A model generated the notes under the pieces. That model was not told the origin of the DNA and made no database searches. It saw nothing but the letters and a program-made list of their open reading frames with translations. DNA of 64,000 nucleotides from Bugula neritina (lineage: Eukaryota; Animalia; Bryozoa): NCBI GenBank assembly GCA_964035545.1, contig OZ037769.1, positions 1,426,001-1,490,000 on the forward strand. Direction: 5' to 3'. Positions within the stretch are counted from its first letter, which is position 1, and each line of letters starts with the position of its first letter. Made by a program: the position numbers and the translations under genes. This document shows, one piece after another, positions 34,163 through 64,000 of this stretch.

Positions 34163-37100
34163 ATGGATTTTCATAACACTCCCGAATACAAAAGTTTACG
34201 ATCATCCGTTCCCCTACGAAAGGTGAGACCTCATGGCCCATTTTGTATTAAATCATATGCACTTACCAAAGCTCTACCAATTCAGGGCCTCGACTTAAGC
34301 GATTCACAACTGAATTATTCAGCGCTAATCTTAGAGCTATTTTTGTAACTGAAATGTTGAAGTAATTAATTTTTATTATTTTTTATTACTTATCAATATT
34401 TCTGCTGTTTTTACTTTTTTATACAAAGAAAAATTTATAACATATGTCACACTTCAACTTACATAGTTTGAGATTCTGTACACTCACAGACTATCTTGCT
34501 ACTCTAGGTGGTGGTAGAGGGCAATGTGGAATGGTCGTATTATGATGCAGGTCCTAAGACTATACACAACCCACTAGTATTCTTACCTCCTGTGAGTGGA
34601 ACTGCTGACATATTCTTCAGACAGCTGCTTTCTCTGTCAGCAACCGGGTGCAGGGCCATCTCAGTAAGCTTTGCTGCTTCATTTATATCTTGTAGTATAT
34701 ATAGTAAATATAGTAAATACAGTATATATAGTAAATACAGTATATATAGTATACATAGTAAATACAGTATATATAGTGTATATAGTAAATACAGTATATA
34801 TAGTAAATATAGTATATATAGTAAATACAGTATATATAGTATATATAGTAAATACAGTATATATAGTAAATAAAGTAGATATAGTAAATACAGTATATAT
34901 AGTAAATGCAGTATATATGGTATAAATAGTATATATAGTAACGTAGTATATATACCTACTATTTATATTAAATATAGTAAATATTTCTTTATGATTTCTA
35001 ATTTTATGCTCTGATCAAGTTTAATTCTAATTCAATAGATTTATCTGTTGATTGTAAGAACTAACCTGGTGAGCATTTAGTGAAGTGTTGCCAGTTTCTA
35101 ATGCATCTGCGTGTTGAAGTTATTACTTATATTATTGCTTATGTTGACAGTCTGGGAGTTATCTTATCTCTTCTAGTTAACCGTCTGTATAAGTTCTTTC
35201 AGCATTTTCTCACTTTCATCACCTTTCGTTACATAAACTAATGGTTTTGCAGTTCAACTATATATTAAAGCATATGTTTTACCTTTATAAACGAAAAGTT
35301 TTTATCATCATAAATTGTGTCCGGATATCTGCCTAATGTATATCTAGGTCAATCTAGCCGTTGCTTTCTATCTAGGTCAACCACCCTGTTGTATGGGATG
35401 TTCCCTCCTGGTGTCAAAGTTTCCACCTGTTCCTCAACTCTCTCGGTATCGACAGGGTGAGTATGTCTTGTTTAGGGGTCAACATTCGACCCACAAATCT
35501 CTTTCAAAGGATTCTTTAGCCTCTACAGTGTATTTATGATGCAGGCACACCTAGATATCTTTATATAGGGTCAAAAGGTCGCAGTATACAGAGGTTGCTA
35601 GTATTATATGCAGTGAAGGGGAGCACATGCTGAAAGGTCACAAACCATTCTTTGTAGGTTCATCTATTTGGAGCCAGTCTTGGCGGATTTCTAGCTCAGA
35701 AGTTTGCAGAATTTTCCGGAAATGGACGGAGAGTTCGCTCACTTATACTATGCAATCCTTTCAATGACACAGATGTGTTCGACCAGACCTCAGCTTGCTC
35801 ATCGTGAGTCTAACTAGAAACTAAAGTGTTCTACAATAGTATAGACATAGTACGCTAAACAGACCTGCTAACACTTGTCTAACCGTGTCATGTTTGATTA
35901 CACTGCGCAGGTTTTGGGCTGTTCCAGCGGTAGTACTGAAGAAGTTAGTTATGGGAACATTTGAAACAATGAATATGGATGGTTCGATGGTGGCAGCAGC
36001 TGATTTTATGGTGCAAAAGGTCAGCTCTAAATACTAAGTTCTAACTAATTAATTCCTCATAGTTTATTACTTAGAGTTTGCTAATAGACTGTGTTCTCTC
36101 TTTTAACTACTTAGAGTCTGCTAATAGACTGTGTTCCCTCTTGTAGTTGGATGCCCTGAGTCAACAAGAGCTGGCGTCCCGTTTGACACTCAACTGTGCC
36201 AGCTGCTACGTGGTGCCGCAGAATGTACAAGTACTCAGCTCAGACGTCACTCTCATGAGCGTAGGTAGTATACACTTACTAACTAGACACCTGTCACAGG
36301 TGACTGCAGGTGGCAGGTGCTTGACATGTGCCTTTAAGCAGCGGCTGAGTTTTAGAAAGTGTATAATATAGTATTATGAAGGGTTGCTGAAATTTTTTGC
36401 ACAAATATGCGTTTGCTTTAAATAATTAATCTAATTATTGTGAAACAGTATAGAAGTTTGCTATGATGAGTAAATCAGATGTCCTTAATAATACTGTGCA
36501 GGCACTGCGGTATTATGCTGCTTGATGTTGGCAAGTTGGACTATTCTATTGCCACAGCAACTATAGCATTTAAATAAATTAATTTTGAAATAATTTAATT
36601 TAAAAAATACCGTAATTCATGTTGGAATGATTGACTATAATATTAAGCACAGCAGTTAGTAGTGTTCAAATAATTTAGTCCAGATCCTGATGTGTTTGAT
36701 ATCTGTTGAAGGTGTTTGACCAGCACGCCCTCTCAAACTCAGTGCAGAATGAGATGAGCAAGCTCTACCCTGAGGCTAAGAAAGCTCTGCTCAAAACAGG
36801 TGGAAACTTTCCATACCTCAGCAGGAGTGATGAAGTGAATCTATATATTCAGGTGAAGATTACTTCTCTATAAGCTTAGCCTGTGTTCTATAATATTTAG
36901 AGCTACTTGCTATCTCTCAGTATCAAAATGAGGATTATTTAACAGTCCACATTCTATGAATAAATTTGCAAAGTCTTATATATAAATAAAATTTCTTCAG
37001 AGTAGTGTTGTGGTAAATCTAGGTTTTTGCTGATTTAAAACAGTACTGTAAGTTATGTAATATGGCAATAAACTTGACAATTTATAAATATTTGAGATGG

Positions 37101-37583
37101 TGCGTTGTGGAAAGCATTTACTTCACTATAATATCCAGTTCTGTATTCTCAGTGCCGTCTCAACACTCATATCTGTAAAAGTTTGCTGTAGGTTATCTCT
37201 GACTGATATAATGTTCTCTCCCACTTCAGGTTCATCTACAGAAATATGCGGATACGGTGTACAGTGCAACGGAACCGAGGCAGTTCCTCTCACCTCCCTC
37301 TAACCCTTCAACTTCCTCTTCTAAACCTTCGACTTCGGCAGCCATTTTGACCGACAGTGACTCTGATATTGATAACGTTGTAGAGCCGTCTTCTAAAACC
37401 AGTACTCCAGTCGTAGCTTCAGTCCCCGAACGGCCGGTAACCTCTAAGCAACAGAGTCAGGTTCTGTTGGAGCAAGGGCTATTAGAAGGCAGTCTGCCAG
37501 CAGAGCAAGAGCTACAGATGAGTCCAATGCACGAGACGGCAGCAGCAGCGGCAGCAGTGACAGCAGGGGCTGATGACTTATAA
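34163..37583 (+). CDS. SPG21: Maspardin (alpha/beta-hydrolase fold), 8 coding exons
   Basis: [106 protein letters not shown]. Exons at about 34163-34222, 34508-34663, 35376-35456, 35658-35803, 35911-36019, 36147-36260, 36712-36852, 37230-37583. Confidence 0.96.
34692..34950. repeat. AT-rich 9/18-bp minisatellite (TATATATAGTAAATACAG)n
   Basis: Tandem array near the start of an SPG21 intron. Confidence 0.9.
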
Positions 37584-38551
37584 AACTTCACCTCAGCTAA
37601 CTTGTTACTTTGAATTTAGTGACAGCTTGTGTATTCTGTATTTTTATACTCTTTTTGTATCAGTCCATCGAAGGATGTATAATTCTAAGTTAGAACAAGC
37701 TAGAGGTTTCTGTGTAGTGTTGATCTCTACTGTATGTTTAACCTCACCAATCAGAATGAATATTATATGTGACATACTAGATATTCACCAACTAAAATTT
37801 CTATAAACTATGTCCATATTTATCAATAGGTTTTCTATTCTTGAAGCACATAATATGATATGACTTTTATACATTCAAACACTGTAAGCAGTGAATTTCG
37901 GTGAAAGATTTAAATCCACAGTAAAGTGTGATAATACCATAACCTATCAATATTTGCACAGAATATGAAATTTTCAATGTTGATGAAGATCCTAACATAT
38001 TTAGCAATATAAAGTCTTTGCGGTAACAACAAGAAAGATTTTAGTTGTAATAAAGTTGTTTACGTTTTTTATTGAAGCTCAAACTGCGTTGGTTTTCTAG
38101 AGTTCACACCAATTAATATTTTATGACTATTTATTGTTGTTACCACTTCAACTATATATATCTATTATTACAATTGAAATATTATTATGCTCACTGTTTT
38201 AAATTAGTAAATCAATATTATCAGATTATTCTATAAGTGACACCGAGTGCATGCCAGTTCTTAGGAATGACTGAAAATTTAATTATACTGCTATGCTATA
38301 TAAATTATTCATTTGTGTACTTTTTAAGTCCCATCGTAGTTTACAGCAGCTAAACATTTATAGGATAATTTATTGACTTTAAGTTAAATACAGAAAAGCA
38401 TTCAGTCTAATGTGCATGACTGGAAAATGTCTGTATTACATTATAAGACACACACAAATGTGACCTTTCTCATTACACAGATGCTACCAGGGACTTTTGG
38501 AAACATATTTACTCTACACTCTTATCACTTATACTGCCAAGCTCAACTAAT

Positions 38552-60667
<22,116 letters not shown>

Positions 60668-60840
60668 ACTAATGATTTGTCATCAAAGGATTAAGTGAAG
60701 AAATGGAGACATCAAGTGAAACAGTTACCTACAGGCTGTTAGTTGACAAAATACAACATATATAAATATATTAGTTTGTGCCATGCATTCATTCAAATTT
60801 ATTTGTGTTGCAAATTATTTTATGATGCTACACTTTTTGC

Positions 60841-61025
60841 TTTACATATTATAGCTTTACTATATTATAGCTTTACATATTATAGCTTTACTATATTATA
60901 GCTTTACTATATTATAGCTTTACTATATTATAGCTTTACTGTATTACAGCTTTACTATAGCTTTACATATTGTAGCTTTACTATATTGTAGCTTCACTAT
61001 ATTATTATATTTTTACATATTATAG
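60841..61025. repeat. 16/17-bp minisatellite (TATAGCTTTACTATAT)n
   Basis: About 11 copies just downstream of the lectin/FN3 gene stop. Confidence 0.9.
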
Positions 61026-62379
61026 CTGCATGTATACACATCACAACTGGAGATAAGCCAATAATAACATTTTGTATAAAAACATGCTGAAGACCAATAT
61101 GATCTATAATAATATTAGACGTGTTCTGTAAGTTAGAGTATTCCATTAACCATTCTTTGGTAGGCCGCAGCAAGTTTTGTTAAACAGCTGCTAATTGGTT
61201 AGAAAAAATACTTAATTTTTTTTACAAGCCATGATAGTTACTAGAAAACTATAGCAGACAACTCCCAGCCATGTTTCACTTGCAATTTAAGATTTTCATG
61301 TGTTGTAAAATATTATCCCAAACATTCTAAAATTTTGATTTGTGAAAAAATGAAAACAAGAAGTTTAGTTTTTATTTGTTTGATTTTGCTGTTCAGATAA
61401 TATGATGTTTATTTGGTATAATAACAAATTGCAATCCAATTAATTACAAATAGAAAATAAAAATGCTGATGGAGGCAGTAATAAACTGTAGTGCAGCTAA
61501 AATCTGATGCACAATAATGCTTTTGCAATTGCTGGGCTTTATTTTGACAGGAGTAATATTTTCACATCCTAATAAAAAACTAAATTGAAGAATTACAAGT
61601 TAAGACAACTGATATGATTTATTTTTGTATAATTTGGAAAACTGTCTATTTGTTTTGGTATAGCCAATGTCCTCTAACTACATTGCTTGTTTATCAAGTT
61701 GATTTTAAACAAAGAGCTTATATGAAAAACATATTTGCCTACAACGAGAATTTTAGCCAAGAGTTTTCTTCTCACTTTGCTAATAAGTTGGAGTTGTCTG
61801 ACAACAAACCTGCCATATACTCTACCATTGCAAGGTTTATGAATAGGTTTAGACTGTACAGACCTTGGTATTGCTTACGTGTTAGCTATGATATAAATAG
61901 CTCACAGCTCTAATTATAATATTAAACGCATTTGTAGATTTTCTAATAATTTAAAACCAAGGCTAAGTAATTTCTGAATTCAATTTACAGCGATATTAAT
62001 ATGCAGCAGGTAGTATATTGACATAAGCCTGTTTAGTTCCTTATACTTTACCCTGTGTCGCAGCATGATGCAACTTCCCTAAAAATGCATTTAGACTCTA
62101 ATACAATTACTATTGGACATTGAACACTCCCTTAGTAATAGTAATGATTAAATTATTCTTCTATTGAAAGTTCATGACCTCTAATCTAAAGCAGATGAAC
62201 TCCTTATAGCTGTGACTACTTTTCTCAACATGAACAATAGTCACGAAATTAATCTTATAACTATTACTATGCATAGCACTTTCCAACTTCCGTGTAGATA
62301 AGGAAAACACTAGCTTTAACCTGCCTTACATGTCAGATTTATGGCAGTTAGAGAAGAGTGTCACAGGCCTATTCAGTTA

Positions 62380-62613
62380 TATGGTGCCCAGAAACATTGG
62401 CACAGGTAAAAGTGGTAGAGGTAATAATAACAGAAATGGAAAAGTTGGTAAAAATAGCACATTTTCATTATTGGGGTTTGGGGTTAGGGGGTGCTTGGTA
62501 TTTGAGGTTGGGGTTTGGGTAAATTGAACATCAGTGTGCCATTTAACTTACTTTTCTACCTGCGCTATTTTTACACATGCCATATTTACCTGTGCGATTT
62601 TTACCTAAAATAC
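62380..62613 (+). mobile_element. Short interspersed element (copy 2): GGTAAAAATGGCACA-type repeats, GGGGTTT/GGGGTTA core, inverted TGTGCCATTTTTACC-type repeats
   Basis: Direct subrepeats on the left, their reverse complements on the right, G-rich centre; related to 58172-58355. Confidence 0.62.
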
Positions 62614-63951
62614 CAGCTATAAACTCTTAACTCCATCATGTTAGCCATGCTACAACACAGAGCTGTGTATGTTTACACATCCATTACTACATGATAGCTT
62701 ATCTTTTATATACTGAGCATCAATATAAGACTTTATTATCAGAGATAAACATTGACAGTCTGATGAGTTTACTAAATTTTCCTCATACCCTGAGCATAGA
62801 GTGCACAGGGCTTACAGAAAGCTTATAGTTTATTGCTAAAGGACCTTCCTTTATACAATGTACTTTATACTACATTGTTACAAGCAACATCAGTATTATA
62901 GTAGTTTTCTTAAGTATGTATTTGCCTAGCTTGTGAGTATAGTTTTTGGTTTGACAATCATGATTCGAGCTTGAGGGCTTTATTTCGTAGTCAGACAATA
63001 TCTGTTTTACACAACTCTGTTAGCAAGCTAACACTCTTTGAATAGTGCACTTTTGCTTTCACTTCTCTAAACATGATTTCTGTTGTACTGCTCAAGAGCT
63101 TTAATGGTGTTGTCAAAATTATCTGAGGTAAAGTTCAAAGTTCACATGAATATCCCTCTATAAAAGTTTCTTATCTGGAGTGTAACTGTAGATAGTCATG
63201 ATTAATGTTAGTGAATAGTCATATTGAGTACGTAATAATGAGTAAAGATTATGAGTAATTACTATGAGGAATGACAATGAATAGTGATTGCAAGTAATGA
63301 GTAATGCATAATATTATGTGTAATGATGAATAGTTTGTGTGGATAATGAATACTGAGTAAGTAATGTATAGAAGTTTGTTTATTTTAAATAATGCTACGA
63401 AACTGATAGTTGAAACAGTAACTAGATTATCTTAAATATGGTCAATAACTCAATTTCATATTCACAGAGATGTTTTGTCTATTTAAATTTCCAGATAGCA
63501 TTTAATAGCATTGTATAACCAGGTTACTCTGCAAGAAATGTACTGCACAGAGCGTTACTAATTTTCATTTGCTAGTAAAACTAAAAGCTCAGCTGCAATA
63601 CGCTTAATCAGTCGCACTGTTTGTTTAAGTATCAGGCTTTATATTTACACATTCTTAGTATGATTTTATAGCATGACTAACTCAGTCAGGTAGAAAAAAA
63701 GCCTTTTGTTACCGCATCACCTCTATTACACACTGGAATCCTATTAACAAGGAAGTTACTTGAAACAGTATGCCCTGACCCTTTCATATCGAAACTATTG
63801 AATGAAACTGCCATTCAGTTCCCAGACTAAGGATAACACATGAATACAAAAGGTGTTTTGTAAGCTGCAAGTAAAAAGTAAAGCTAGTCATAAGGCTGTT
63901 AGCCTTTCTCAATGTAGGTCAGGCTTACAACTAACGTGTCTCAACATAAAT

Positions 63952-64000
63952 ATGGATGGACAGAGAGCTGTGTTACTGCTGATGCTGCTGTCTTTGTCTG
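63952..64000 (+). CDS. Probable start of a downstream secreted/membrane protein gene (truncated by the window)
   Basis: Acceptor TTTCTCAATGTAG at about 63917, then ATG MDGQRAVLLLMLLSLS (signal-peptide-like); candidate upstream donor at about 63128. Confidence 0.4.
   Translation, partial: MDGQRAVLLLMLLSLS

Overview
This is AT-rich, gene-dense eukaryotic DNA from an invertebrate animal with short GT-AG introns (lophotrochozoan-like; the species cannot be fixed from sequence alone). Spliced genes, in order: 3' part of a TNRC18/BAHCC1 (winged-eye)-type Tudor+BAH chromatin reader (+); a PhyH-family Fe(II)/2OG dioxygenase (+); CNOT9/RQCD1 (-), head-to-head with GTF2H1/TFIIH p62 (+); PHRF1 (-), head-to-head with SPG21/maspardin (+); a large, apparently secreted mosaic protein (F-type-lectin-like + FN3-like repeats + HYR-like) (+); and probably the start of another secreted-protein gene at the window end. 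One intron of the lectin/FN3 gene holds a complete 7.46-kb Ty3/Gypsy LTR retrotransposon in antisense. It has 306-bp LTRs identical at 305/306 positions, an ATAT target-site duplication, a tRNA-Leu PBS and a clear -1 frameshift signal. The best candidate for an undescribed system is this element's intact third ORF. It sits in the env position but encodes a C2H2 zinc-finger + coiled-coil protein, and the LTR carries a 22-bp palindrome and an intron-like segment, which suggests a 'complex' Gypsy with its own regulator (inference). Other oddities are nested MITEs inside a minisatellite, repeated tandem duplications of splice sites, and exon-limited homogenisation between FN3 repeats. All exon boundaries were read by eye.
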